Below are positions 24,950 to 37,156 of a stretch of DNA of 64,000 bases, piece after piece; positions within the stretch are counted from its first letter, which is position 1, and the number at the start of each line of letters is the position of its first letter. Position numbers and translations under genes: made by a program. This stretch comes from Vicugna vicugna (lineage: Eukaryota). The stretch is from NCBI GenBank assembly GCA_013265495.1, contig MU058531.1:1-64000 (forward strand). The letters run 5' to 3'. The notes beneath the pieces are model-generated. The model had not been told where the DNA came from. It searched no databases and saw only the letters and a list, made by a program, of their open reading frames with translations.

Positions 24950-26690
24950 TTTTCTAGTTATTTTTTATATTGAGTTGATTTATAATATTAGTTTCAGGCT
25001 TTTTGCTTGTGGCAGGAAGGTTATACTGGCTCTTTTTGCCTCATCAGAAGGCAAGACAGCGCTCAGGTGTGTAACATATGGATTCAAAACTTTTATGAAC
25101 CATACTCCATTTAAAGTTATTATAAAATATTGGCTATGTCCCCTGTGCTGTACAAAGTATCTTATAAATCATTCATTTTACACATAGTAGTTTGTAGTTC
25201 TTAATTCCCTGCCCATATCTGGCCCCTCTCCCCTTCCCTTTCTCCACTGGTAACCACTGATTTGTTCTCTGTATCTGTGAGTCTGTTTTGTTTTATTCAC
25301 TAGTTTATTTTATTTTTTTAGGTTCCACATATAAGAGATAACATACAGCATTTGTCTTTCTCTGTTTGACTTATTTCACTTAGCATAGTACCCTCCAGGT
25401 CCATCCATGCTGTTGCAAATGGCAGCATTTCATTCTTTCTTACAGCTGGGTAGTGTTCTATTGTATGTGTACCACATCTTCTTTATCCAGTCATCTGTGA
25501 TGGACACTTAGGTTGCATCCATACCATTGCCTACTGTAAACAATGCTGCTGTGAACAGTGGGGGTGCATGTATCTTTTTTTTTTTAACATTTTTTAATTG
25601 AGTTATAGTCATTTTACAATGTTGTGTCAAATTCCAGTGTAAAGCACAATTTTTCAGTTATACATGAACATATATATATTCTTTGTCACATTTTCTTTTT
25701 CGCTGTGAGCTACCGCAAGATCTTGTATATATTTCCCTGTGCTATATAGTATAACCTTGTTTATCTATTCTGGATTTTGAAATCCCAGTCTGTCCCTTCC
25801 CACCCCCACCCTTGTTAACCACAAGTTTGTATTCTATGCATATATCTTTTCAAATTAGTGTTTTCTATTTTCTTCAGCTGTATACCCACAGGTGGAATTG
25901 CTGGTTCATATGGTAGTTCCATTTTTAGCTTTTTGAGGAAACTTCATACTGTTTTCCACAGTGATTGTGTTTCTCTGATGATTAGTGATGTTGACCACCT
26001 TTCCATGTGCCTGTTTGTCTTCTTGGGGAAAAAAAATGTCTATTCAGGTCATCTGCCCATTTCACAATCAGGTTTTCCTTTTTTTTTTGATATCTAGTTG
26101 TATTACCTGTTTATATGTTTTGGATATTAAAACCTTATCCATTATATCATTTGCAAGTATTTTCTCCCATTAGGCTGTCTTCATTTTGTTGATTTTTTTT
26201 GCTGTGCAAAAGCATTTAAGTTTAAGTAGGTCCCATTTATTTTTGGTTTTGTCTCCTTTGCCTTAGGATACTGATAAAAAAAAACATATATAATGTATCA
26301 CTATGATTTATGTCAAAGAGTGTTCTGCCTCCTTTTCCTTCTAGGAGCTTTATGGTTTCCAGTCTTATATTTAGCTCTTTAATCCATAAAGAGTGTATTT
26401 TTGTAGGTGGTGTGAGAAAATGTTCTAATTTTATCTTTTACTTGTAGCTGGCCAGTTTTGCCTGCACTACTTACTGAAGAGACTGTCATATCCCCATTGT
26501 ATATTATTGCCTTTTTTGTCATAGTTCAATTGACCACATGTGCATGGGTTTATTTGGGGTCTCTGTATATCTTTGTGTTGGTTTCTGCATCAGTACCATA
26601 CTATTTTGGTTACTGTAGCTTTGCAGTATATATGGGGCATCATACCTCCAGCTTTGTTCTCTCTCAAGAAGTTTTTGGCTGTTTGGTGTT
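24950..26690 (-). mobile_element. L1 3' region (ORF2 end plus 3'UTR), antisense, carrying two later insertions
   Basis: ccactggtaaccactgatttgttctctgtatctgtgagtctg...ttatttcacttagcata...gatggacacttaggttg...ttactgtagctttgcagtata. Confidence 0.9.
25580..25836 (-). mobile_element. Short younger L1 3' end nested in the older L1
   Basis: Reverse complement of the 3'UTR seen at about 4150-4430. TSD tgcatgtatctttt (25565) / tgcatatatctttt (25837). Confidence 0.85.
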
Positions 26691-27902
26691 GAGAAAGTAT
26701 GCAGCTTTTAAACATGGGGTCCAATTTTTTGAAGTCCTAACAAAATATGTCATCAGGCCAGCTTCAGCCCACTGGCCAAGAATCTATTTTCTGCAAGCAG
26801 AGAATTTGCAAACTCTGCCTTGATATAATAGGAGCTTCAGAGAGACCTGAAGCAGGAGGAATCAGGACTGCCAGGGACAAGGATGTGCTGGCATTTCTGA
26901 GGAATGTTCCTGGAGTTAATTGACTTTGGGTTAATCAAGCATTTGGGATTGGAATTAACCAGCCTGGGCCAGGAGGCAGGGGTGAGGCTAATGACCTGGG
27001 GCTTACAGCAGGAAGACTTGCATGTTATCTTGGCCAGCTCCTCGGGGGCCAGGTCCACTAGCTGCCCTCTCTGGATCCCCTGGTATTTGCTTCAGGAGCC
27101 CAAAATCCCCAGCAGCCTGGCAAGGGGCTATGGCCCAGAACTGCACCTTAGCAAATCGTTGTCTCCCCCACTGGCAGAAGGGGGTGCTTGATGGATCTCT
27201 CGGGTGGAGGGGGGTGAGGCACATCAAGGGTCAGGAAGAGGGAGGGGAAGGGCAGTCACTGCAGACTTCAGAACCACGGCTAAGACAGGATTTCACCTTC
27301 TGTAGGGGACTCTCCTGTGCAGGCTCCTTGCCTCTTTGCTTGACTCACCCAGGTCCTGGCCCTGCTCCTGGGGTCTCCATCCTGCCATAGGCACAGAGAA
27401 ACCCAGGGAGGAGGAATAGACCCCCACAAGTGTCAGAAAGTCCCACTGGCACCCAGAATTGTATGATCAGCTCAGACAGAGGTCAAGGCTGTCTTCAGCC
27501 CACCTTGTTTTGATTCCTCTGTCATTTATATAAGGGAGGGCCTGGTGGAGAGCCCTGCCTGCACACCTTAGGGAAGACCTTGGGACTTCTCGGTCAGAAA
27601 CCCATGGCCAGGTTTGTCCCTGTGGAGGGGACAAGATTGATTGCCTTTAATGAGCTTGATGGATAATGGTGATAGTGAGAGGCCCCCCAAGCGCTCAAAG
27701 CCCAGCTCCACCGCCTCTGAGTGAACCGTCAGTGACAACAGGTGAGCCCAAGGTGCAGAAAGATGTTGGTTCACACACAACCGCTTCCTCATAGGAGTCC
27801 CCTTGTAACTCAGTTATGGGGTGTCTTGTCATAATTATGAGATCAGATGGAAGACAGTGCTCAGCCCCTCCTAACACAGACCTCTGGTTGTTGCCCTTGC
27901 AG

Positions 27903-27998
27903 AACCCTACCAACTTGGATTTTTTGCATATGGCCTTATTCAAAGTAAAATTCCAGACTATGCTTGCAGATACAATTTGGACAAAACCGAAGTCTACA
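27903..27998 (+). CDS. ANTXRL: ANTXRL-like exon 10 (Ig-like domain), 96 nt
   Basis: Acceptor gcccttgcag|AA. Translates (E)PYQLGFFAYGLIQSKIPDYACRYNLDKTEVY. Donor A|gtaagt. Confidence 0.9.
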
Positions 27999-28469
27999 GT
28001 AAGTACCAACCTTTGTGTCTGCAAGTGACACTCTTCCCACACCGCACCTCATTCCCTCAGCCAGCTAAGACTTCAAACCCCTTGCTGGCTATTCACTGTG
28101 GACCATGTGAGGATAGAGGCAGCTTGGACAAGTGGAAGGAAGGACCTGGCTGGGGAGCCTGGCCACCTTTTCCTTCATATGCAAAGCCAGGAAGTAATCA
28201 ATCTCCCAGCACAGTAGGAGTATCTTGGAGCATGTCTTATACCTTTCAAGGCTGGGTTTGGGGTAGTGGGCCTCCCTCATTGCTGTACTCCCCTAAACCT
28301 TTCTCAGCTCTCACTTCCCTTGAGAGGCAAGGACGTGAATCTCATGAGTCTGCTGGTGGGGTGTGGAGGCAGCCCCAGGGCCCTGAGTCCGTGTCAGGTG
28401 CACTGGTAGCTCTCCCAGGAGGGTGTGGTCACCTTGGATTGAGAGAGGATGCCAACTGTCAGGCCTGGG

Positions 28470-28620
28470 CCCTGGAATCCTGGCTCAGGCCCACATTATG
28501 TGTGTGACCTTGACCAAGTGAGTGTTCTGTTGTCAGCCTCTATTATCTGTACTATAAAATGGGACCAATATGGCAGGTGCACTAAGCACTATCATGTATG
28601 TAAAGCTGCTATTTGGAAAT
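28470..28620 (+). mobile_element. MIR SINE fragment
   Basis: tgtgtgaccttgaccaagtga...atctgtactataaaatggg. Confidence 0.6.
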
Positions 28621-31153
28621 ACTCAGGCGTCAGGTGTTCCTCCACGATGGGTTTGTGACCTGAGGAAGCACACAGCTGGGGCAGCATCTGTGTCCTCAGC
28701 GCTGAGGTCCCTCGGTGCTGATGTGGGGCTGATATCCCCACCCCACAGAGTGCTTGGGGACAGTGAGACTTTCTGCTTCCCCCTTGACTCTCCCAGTAAG
28801 CTCCCTGATACATTGGTTTGATATAATTAGATCATGTTCAATGATGTCTCATTGCAGGGCCATCTGGTCAACCCAGAGCAGCCCCTCTCACCCAGCACAT
28901 TTCTGGGCCAGCTCACCTTCTTCCATGGGTGAATAGAATGGGCAGGACTCTGCCACTGCCACACTCCTGCACCACACAGTGTGTAGATGGCTTCAGGAAG
29001 TTAGAATCCTCTTGGTCTGTATTTTTTTTAAGAGTGGTTAGGAGCTTAGAAAATCATTTACATGGAGAGCTAATGTTTACTGAGCGCCTATGACATCAGT
29101 TTGTGTGCTAAGTGTGTTATATACATTATCTCAATTAATTCTCAAAAGACCTGTTGTTATTCCTTTGTTTGGATCTGGAACCAAGGGAGGGGTGATTAAC
29201 GTGTTTGCCCAAGGCCAGGAGTTGGTGCATCAAGAGGGGGAAAGAGGACACGGGTGATCTGATTGCCAGGTCTGGACCTTCCGCCTTAGCGATAACAGTC
29301 CTTGAGTGAAGCTAGACACAGCCTATCCTCCAAGAAGTGTGTTCAGATGTTTCCTCTGCTCCTCAGCAGTGTTGTTTCCCCACCCTGGTGTTTCTCTCTG
29401 AGGTAGACCCGCAGCAAGTCTCACACAGAACAGCCCATCCCATAGTCCTGGGCTGCCTTGCTGATCACCCCACTGCATGTAGTTGGAGGCTGGCCAGAAG
29501 TGGTGGATCAGAGCTGTTTATTGCCCTGATGCACCAGTGAGTTTTGATTTGGTCTCTAATTGTATTTCCCTCTTATTAAAACACCTGGGAAAACATTTTA
29601 GTAAATATGGAAAAGCATAACAAGTTTTAAATCAGTATTTCTATGTTTTATTATCAATCTTTAGTGTATTGTGGTTTTATATATTAACAAATCTTTAAAA
29701 TATGGCGACGGAGGTATTTGGTTTAATCAGTTAATACTGGTTAGAAAGCTCCTCCCCCGTCAACCATGCTTTTCTGGCCCCTCGGCAGGCGAGGTTCCTG
29801 CCCTCCTTCTTGCTGCTCTGTGAACTCTGTGGAAAGTTCATCACATTTCCTTGGGGTTCTTTTCACAGTAATCCCAGCCATCACACCCCTCAGGCACAAA
29901 TGCTTTCCCTCACACATACTTGGTGATTAGTTTCATTGTCAGCACTCGTGAAAGGATAAAGCAGTTCAGAAGCTCATAGCTAGTCTGACAAGTGAGTCAT
30001 GGCAAAAAGCTGGTCACCTAGAAGTGAACCCTCCTTAGGGAACAGGCCTGACCTGTGGCCACGGTCGGGGGTGTGAGGAGACTTAGGGCTCAGGAGAGAG
30101 AAAGTTCCACAGCTGCCAGCTGTGAGCTGTCTGAGCCCCGTGAGTGCCGCCTCCCAGCTCCCCCAGATAACAGAACACACAGCCACACAGAAGCCCTGCC
30201 CCCTCCCCAGGCTCCCCTGTGTCAGTAAATGGCACCCCCACCCCCAGGCACTCAGGTCACTTACCTGCACATCGTCCTGGATCCCCCTTGGCTCCCACCC
30301 CCACATCCAGTCCCCCCCGCAGGTCCTGCTGCCTCTGTGTCCAAACGCCCATCTGGACCTGTCAGCCCTTCGACTGACTCTCTGTAAAGCCCCAACCCCT
30401 TCCCGGGGCTCCCGAGGCCAACCCCCTACCGCTCACCTCTTTCCCCTCAACCAGCTCAGCTGGTTACACCTCAGGCCTCTGCACAGGCGCCCACAGCCTC
30501 GGCCTCTCTCCTCTGGGACTTTCCCTGGCCGTCCCCTCAGCTGGCCTCAGCTCCGGGGCTACCACCTCAGAGAGAGCTTATCTCACTGGGAATTTTCAGT
30601 AATATACAAAAGTACAAAAGTTGTACAGGGCACTTGAAGCTGCCTTCACCTACCTTCAGTGATGGTCAACCCCGGCCAGCCTGGTTTTACTGACCCCTCA
30701 CCATTGATTATTTTGAAGCAAATCCCAGACATCACATCATTTCCTGTATAAATATTTCACTTTCTCTTAAAGAAAAATTGTCTCTAAAAGACAGGACAGG
30801 TCACCTGTTCTTAAACGGCTGTCCCTTCCCCTCTGCATTCTCTGTCCCTTCCCTTGTGGGGGGGGCACTTTTCATTTTAGCATTTGTTTGTTCATTGTTT
30901 GTTACTTTACTGGCTGTCTCCCTCCCCAGTCCCTCCAATGTCAGGCCCTGGAGAGCAAGGCGTCTGCCTGGCTTGTCCCCACTAAACCCCCGAGCCCTGC
31001 ACAGTGCCTGGTGCACGGGAGGTGTCAGAACAGGGCACAGAAGAGAAGCTGCTTCTGCCAAAGTGTGAGCTCGGCTCGCCAAGGCAGGCAGAAGGGGAGG
31101 GATGGATGGATGGACAAGTCCATTGACGTTCTTTCCTTGTGGTTTTCTTTTAG

Positions 31154-31223
31154 CAAAAAGACCCAACTCTGTGACTCATGAGAAAATAATTTGCGATGGA
31201 CATGTTTTTGAGAAGCGTGGACA
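31154..31223 (+). CDS. ANTXRL: ANTXRL-like exon 11 (Ig-like domain), 70 nt, copy 1
   Basis: Acceptor ttttcttttag|CA. Translates (T)KRPNSVTHEKIICDGHVFEKRG(Q). Donor CA|gtaagt. Confidence 0.9.
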
Positions 31224-31797
31224 GTAAGTGTTTAGGGCTCGGAGCCATCTGGGCAAGTTTTGCCACCACGAGGAGTCCAGAATGTGGGATGCACCCTTTT
31301 CTCAGGCAGCACATGTCTGTACCCAGAAGGGCTCAGGGCTTCCTCCATACCTGCCCTGGTTGGTGGTCCCCTGGGATGCTCAGGGATCTGCCATGGTCCA
31401 GGCTCTGCAGAGGAGGGCAGGATGTGTGAGATGATGTGCAGCAAGGATGGTACCTTTGCTCCAGGCACCTTTTTCGAGTGAAGCCAACATACTCAATAAA
31501 TACAGAGGAGTCGGGATGGTGACACTGTAGTGCCATCCCTGATCCCTTAGCTCATGGCTGTGAGGTCCTCTGATTCCACACAGGACTCCTCTTTGCCTGG
31601 GCAGCCTTCATTGCATTGGTTGACTTGGAGTGCTTGGGGACGAGCTCTCCTTACCCTTGCTGTCTGCTCTCCAGTAGCCCTGAATGCCTGATGTTCAAAG
31701 TCATCACAGCGAGGAGAGCTGGGGCTACAGAATGAGCCAAGTGTGAGAGCTGTGTCAGTCCCAGCTCCTGGTCACATCTGCACTTTCTGTGCTTTAG

Positions 31798-31876
31798 GGT
31801 GGTTGAGGTTGATTACACTCTGGACCAGGGCAACTCCTTCAGTGAGCGAAAGTTGAAAGTCACCAGCAAGGACTGT
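31798..31876 (+). CDS. ANTXRL: ANTXRL-like exon 12 (Ig-like domain), 79 nt, copy 1
   Basis: Acceptor ctgtgctttag|G. Translates VVEVDYTLDQGNSFSERKLKVTSKDC. Donor TGT|gtgagt. Confidence 0.9.
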
Positions 31877-33863
31877 GTGAGTAGCATGTTCGGGCTTCAG
31901 CCTCCCTCCAGGGCTATCCAGAGAATCTGCTCTTGAGGGGCAGATAACCAGGGGATGCAAGACAGGGGAATAAACTCACTAGGGAAGGACCAGCATGTAG
32001 CCTCTGCAGACAGGCACCTTGGGCAGCATTTCACAGCCAGCTCAGTGCTCTTAGCCCTTTATTGGAAAGTTGTCCCCCAACTCAGGTTTGTGAAATTCCC
32101 TGGAATGCTTCTATAAGACTCATGGAGTACAGCCAGCCATCCAGGTCCTGGAGAAATTCTGCTATCTCTGTGAACCAAGTATCGTTGAAGGCATGTGGAA
32201 GGGACAAATTAGAGAACAGTCTTCAGAAACAGTGCTGAGGCTCTGCCTAACCTGGACACACCTGGCCACCCCCACTGGCCCAGGCCCTGTGATGGGGAGC
32301 TCCGAGGTCCATCCTGGATTCCAGCAGGGTGAGCAGGAGAGGCTGGGACACTGTGTCCTAGGAGACAGAGTGCAGGACCTCTGGGACGCTCGGGCCCTCC
32401 AAATCGGGTTCCCAGGCACAGGGGTTGGGAGGACTGGACCAGCTGTGGCCGAGCACAATCAGGGACTGTTTCCACGTTGGTGAAGCAGCTGGGAGGGCTC
32501 TGAACCCACTCCTGACCATCACAGCCCCCACCTCCTGAGCCTGTCTGGAGACACTGGCTGTCACTTTGCTGATGTCATCAGCCACCCTGTGCCTCTCCTC
32601 CTCTCTCGTGCTCCTCAGCTGTTCCTCTGTCCTGACTCGCTCTGGTCTCTGCAGAGAGACTCTCTCCTCTGTCGGTGGGGAAGCTGTCACGGCCGTGGGG
32701 AGGGCGGGGGTTCATCTTGGGGAGAGGAAGCTGGGAACACAGGGATGCTCACCTAAGACCCACTTTTCCAAGCTCCACATCACCTGGGCACCTTAGCCCA
32801 GGGCTGCCCAAAGCGGACCACAGAGAGCATTAGGCTGGAGTGAGGTTTCCCCGGGGGGGAAGGACACCTGTGCCGAATGGCCACTGCCCTGGTGTCCAGT
32901 ACCAGCTGGTGAGGGTTCCAACCATGTGACGATCTCCCTGTGTCTGTCTCCCTTGTCCCTGCACATCCCCCTGCAGATCAGAGACTGAACCTACACATTT
33001 CCCACCAGGGTCCTACTCCCTGCAGCCGTCCATCTGCAGACACATTTAAGAGAGAACTCAGGAACAGCCTGGGGCACCGGGCCCAGCACAGGGTCCCCTC
33101 AGCCAGACTGGACCTCTCCTTTTGGCCGCCCTGTTTCCTGGGCACAGGCTTTCTCTGCCCACATCCCTGCCCTGCTTCTCTCAAGCAGAGCACTTGACTT
33201 AGGGAAGGCTGTACAGTGCGTGGGTCCTCGGATGCAGCACGTGTGCCCGTGGTTATGAACAACAGCACGAGAACAGATCCTGTTCCTTAAGCCCCAACGT
33301 GGGCCTGGCGTGTGCTGGGACTGTCTGCGAGCGCTCTCTGAAGCTCTCAGGTGCCCGCCATTTCCTCACTGCAGGTGTGGGGACAGAGGCTCAGAGAGGT
33401 GGAGTAGCTTTGCTTAAGGTTGCATAGCTGGAAAGAGGGGGAGAGAGACTACAGAGATGTGATCAGATGTCCTGCCTGTGTTCTTGCACTCCCACCTCTC
33501 AGGGGGCCCCAGCTGCCCCTGCCTCATCTGTCTGTGTATCATAGCTCTTTGTGGTCCTCCCAGAACCCCTGTGCTCTCAGCCAAGGCAGGTTGTGAGGAC
33601 TGGGTTGTCACTGCTTGGAGGACTGGAGTATGGGGGGAGCCACTGAGCCGGGGCAGTGGTGTGGTCTGTGGCCCAGCGCTCCACAGGGGCTCTCTGGGTA
33701 CTGGCTCTGACCCCCTAGCCCTACTGTGGTCCCCCTAGATGAGGCAGCTGGAGGGGAAGGCTGTGCCCACGTCGTGGGGTCTACTGTGGGAAATGCATGT
33801 TGGTTGCACAGGAAGAGGTCCCCCAGGCCCACCCCAGGACTTTGGCATGTGTGCCCTCTGCAG

Positions 33864-34262
33864 CTTCAGCCTACAGAGCCCACGACAACAAAGACAACCA
33901 CAACGACAACAACGACCACAACAACCACAACCACGACAACCACAACCACCACAACGACCACGACCAAGACCACGACCACGACCACAACCACGACCACACC
34001 AATGACCACAAAAATGCCAACGACCCCTACGACCCCTACGACCCCAACGACCACAACGACCACCACAGTTACTACCGTTCTCACAACAACCACAGTGACA
34101 ACAGTTGTCACGGAGCCTGAGGTTGTTCCAGAGGAGGAGACCACAGTGGCCATTATTGTCACTGAGAGCCCGGTTCCCAGCAGTCCTCTCTTGTGCCTTG
34201 CGCTCATCCCATCCTTGCTCATGATCCCGTTGCTCCTTGTCTGCATCTGCTGCTGCAAGCGG
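33864..34262 (+). CDS. ANTXRL: ANTXRL-like exon 13: Thr-rich mucin-like stalk plus transmembrane helix, 399 nt, copy 1
   Basis: Acceptor gccctctgcag|CTT (an in-frame alternative AG would start the exon at 33870). Translates LQPTEPTTTK-(T)24-...-SSPLLCLALIPSLLMIPLLLVCICCCKR. Donor CGG|gtgagt, phase 0-0. Confidence 0.85.
33882..34110 (+). repeat. Imperfect coding (ACN)n trinucleotide repeat (poly-Thr); duplicate at 39162-39390
   Basis: Mixed ACA/ACC/ACG units, with 24 consecutive Thr codons at 33894-33965. Confidence 0.95.
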
Positions 34263-35169
34263 GTGAGTGACCCCTGCCCGCACAGCCTATGACAAGCCCT
34301 CATCAACCCACTGGACCATCAGCCTGAGACACGTGGACTAGACACATGTGTGACCCAAGATCCTGCCAATGGGTTCCCATCAGCTCCGGGTCCTCATACC
34401 AGCAAACAAGGCACAGACTCTGCCTCCCATCCCAGGATAGACACAGCCTGGGCTTCCGGGGGGCCGCCTGCCTCCTGCTTTCACAGAGAGGTGGCCTATG
34501 GGCTTTCTCAGCCTCGTGGAGTAGGGACCCCAGGCCCCCTGAGACCAGAGCTGCCTCACAGCAGTCAGGCTTCTGGAGTCTCAGGTGGATCAAGGCTGGA
34601 AGGGCTTTTGCTCTTGGGGGAAGAAGAGGGGTCTGCAGGGGCACTAATGGGAGGAGGATGCTAGCATCAGGGGAACTGTGCCTTTGAAAACAACATGGTC
34701 CCTTTCCGTCACTCCTTCCTCAGTCATTACTGTGTCACCAGGATGTGCAGGGCCCCAGAAATGAAGCAGCCCCACCCCTGCCCACAGGAGCTTGTGGGCT
34801 GTGGCTGGTCTGGTATGGGAACCTGGGAGGCATTGAGGGTAAATGTCACCTTCGGGGGTGTGGCAGGTGTCCTGATAAAGCAGGACAATAGCCAAGGGCA
34901 GAGACTGGCCTGGGAGGGAGGGAGGCAGAGGCACTGGCTGGGTGGGTTTGCAAGGACACAGGCCAGAGAGCTGGGTGAGGAAAAGGAAAAAGCAGAGCTG
35001 AGAAAGAACACGCAGACCAGCAGAGGAGCCAGCAAGTCAGGTTTCTGCAAAGGGGGAGAAGTGAGGAACAGACGGGGGGAGAGGGGGTGGACCGGCACCC
35101 CTGAGGGCTGGGAGGCCGGGGCTGCAGGGGACGGAGGTGAGGGGAGAGGAGGAAGGGGTGGGGGGGTTC

Positions 35170-35516
35170 NNNNNNNNNNNNNNNNNNNNNNNNNNNNNNN
35201 NNNNNNNNNNNNNNNNNNNNNNNNNNNNNNNNNNNNNNNNNNNNNNNNNNNNNNNNNNNNNNNNNNNNNNNNNNNNNNNNNNNNNNNNNNNNNNNNNNNN
35301 NNNNNNNNNNNNNNNNNNNNNNNNNNNNNNNNNNNNNNNNNNNNNNNNNNNNNNNNNNNNNNNNNNNNNNNNNNNNNNNNNNNNNNNNNNNNNNNNNNNN
35401 NNNNNNNNNNNNNNNNNNNNNNNNNNNNNNNNNNNNNNNNNNNNNNNNNNNNNNNNNNNNNNNNNNNNNNNNNNNNNNNNNNNNNNNNNNNNNNNNNNNN
35501 NNNNNNNNNNNNNNNN
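35170..35516. other. Assembly gap (347 N)
   Basis: Run of N. Confidence 1.
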
Positions 35517-36433
35517 CCCACCCCCAGGCACTCAGGTCACTTACCTGCACATCGTCCTGGATCCCCCTTGGCTCCCACCCCCACATCCAGTCCCCCCCGC
35601 AGGTCCTGCTGCCTCTGTGTCCAAACGCCCATCTGGACCTGTCAGCCCTTCGACTGACTCTCTGTAAAGCCCCAACCCCTTCCCGGGGCTCCCGAGGCCA
35701 ACCCCCTACCGCTCACCTCTTTCCCCTCAACCAGCTCAGCTGGTTACACCTCAGGCCTCTGCACAGGCGCCCACAGCCTCGGCCTCTCTCCTCTGGGACT
35801 TTCCCTGGCCGTCCCCTCAGCTGGCCTCAGCTCCGGGGCTACCACCTCAGAGAGAGCTTATCTCACTGGGAATTTTCAGTAATATACAAAAGTACAAAAG
35901 TTGTACAGGGCACTTGAAGCTGCCTTCACCTACCTTCAGTGATGGTCAACCCCGGCCAGCCTGGTTTTACTGACCCCTCACCATTGATTATTTTGAAGCA
36001 AATCCCAGACATCACATCATTTCCTGTATAAATATTTCACTTTCTCTTAAAGAAAAATTGTCTCTAAAAGACAGGACAGGTCACCTGTTCTTAAACGGCT
36101 GTCCCTTCCCCTCTGCATTCTCTGTCCCTTCCCTTGTGGGGGGGGCACTTTTCATTTTAGCATTTGTTTGTTCATTGTTTGTTACTTTACTGGCTGTCTC
36201 CCTCCCCAGTCCCTCCAATGTCAGGCCCTGGAGAGCAAGGCGTCTGCCTGGCTTGTCCCCACTAAACCCCCGAGCCCTGCACAGTGCCTGGTGCACGGGA
36301 GGTGTCAGAACAGGGCACAGAAGAGAAGCTGCTTCTGCCAAAGTGTGAGCTCGGCTCGCCAAGGCAGGCAGAAGGGGAGGGATGGATGGATGGACAAGTC
36401 CATTGACGTTCTTTCCTTGTGGTTTTCTTTTAG

Positions 36434-36503
36434 CAAAAAGACCCAACTCTGTGACTCATGAGAAAATAATTTGCGATGGACATGTTTTTGAGAAGCGTGG
36501 ACA
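36434..36503 (+). CDS. ANTXRL: Exon 11, duplicate copy 2 (identical; possibly assembly artefact)
   Basis: Identical to 31154-31223 at offset +5280. Confidence 0.55.
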
Positions 36504-37077
36504 GTAAGTGTTTAGGGCTCGGAGCCATCTGGGCAAGTTTTGCCACCACGAGGAGTCCAGAATGTGGGATGCACCCTTTTCTCAGGCAGCACATGTCTGT
36601 ACCCAGAAGGGCTCAGGGCTTCCTCCATACCTGCCCTGGTTGGTGGTCCCCTGGGATGCTCAGGGATCTGCCATGGTCCAGGCTCTGCAGAGGAGGGCAG
36701 GATGTGTGAGATGATGTGCAGCAAGGATGGTACCTTTGCTCCAGGCACCTTTTTCGAGTGAAGCCAACATACTCAATAAATACAGAGGAGTCGGGATGGT
36801 GACACTGTAGTGCCATCCCTGATCCCTTAGCTCATGGCTGTGAGGTCCTCTGATTCCACACAGGACTCCTCTTTGCCTGGGCAGCCTTCATTGCATTGGT
36901 TGACTTGGAGTGCTTGGGGACGAGCTCTCCTTACCCTTGCTGTCTGCTCTCCAGTAGCCCTGAATGCCTGATGTTCAAAGTCATCACAGCGAGGAGAGCT
37001 GGGGCTACAGAATGAGCCAAGTGTGAGAGCTGTGTCAGTCCCAGCTCCTGGTCACATCTGCACTTTCTGTGCTTTAG

Positions 37078-37156
37078 GGTGGTTGAGGTTGATTACACTC
37101 TGGACCAGGGCAACTCCTTCAGTGAGCGAAAGTTGAAAGTCACCAGCAAGGACTGT
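37078..37156 (+). CDS. ANTXRL: Exon 12, duplicate copy 2 (identical; possibly assembly artefact)
   Basis: Identical to 31798-31876 at offset +5280. Confidence 0.55.

Noticed and set aside
33726..34306. Overlapping ORFs giving poly-Val, His/Asp/Asn-rich, Arg/Gly/Cys-rich and Pro/Gln-rich peptides (also at 39006-39586)
   Set aside because: These are alternative frames and strands of the ACN repeat. Only the Thr frame is phase-compatible with exons 12 and 14 and leads into the TM helix. The ORF's upstream start at 33726 is intronic.
34695..35667. Long ORFs of 164-320 aa
   Set aside because: Their length comes from reading through the 347-N gap.
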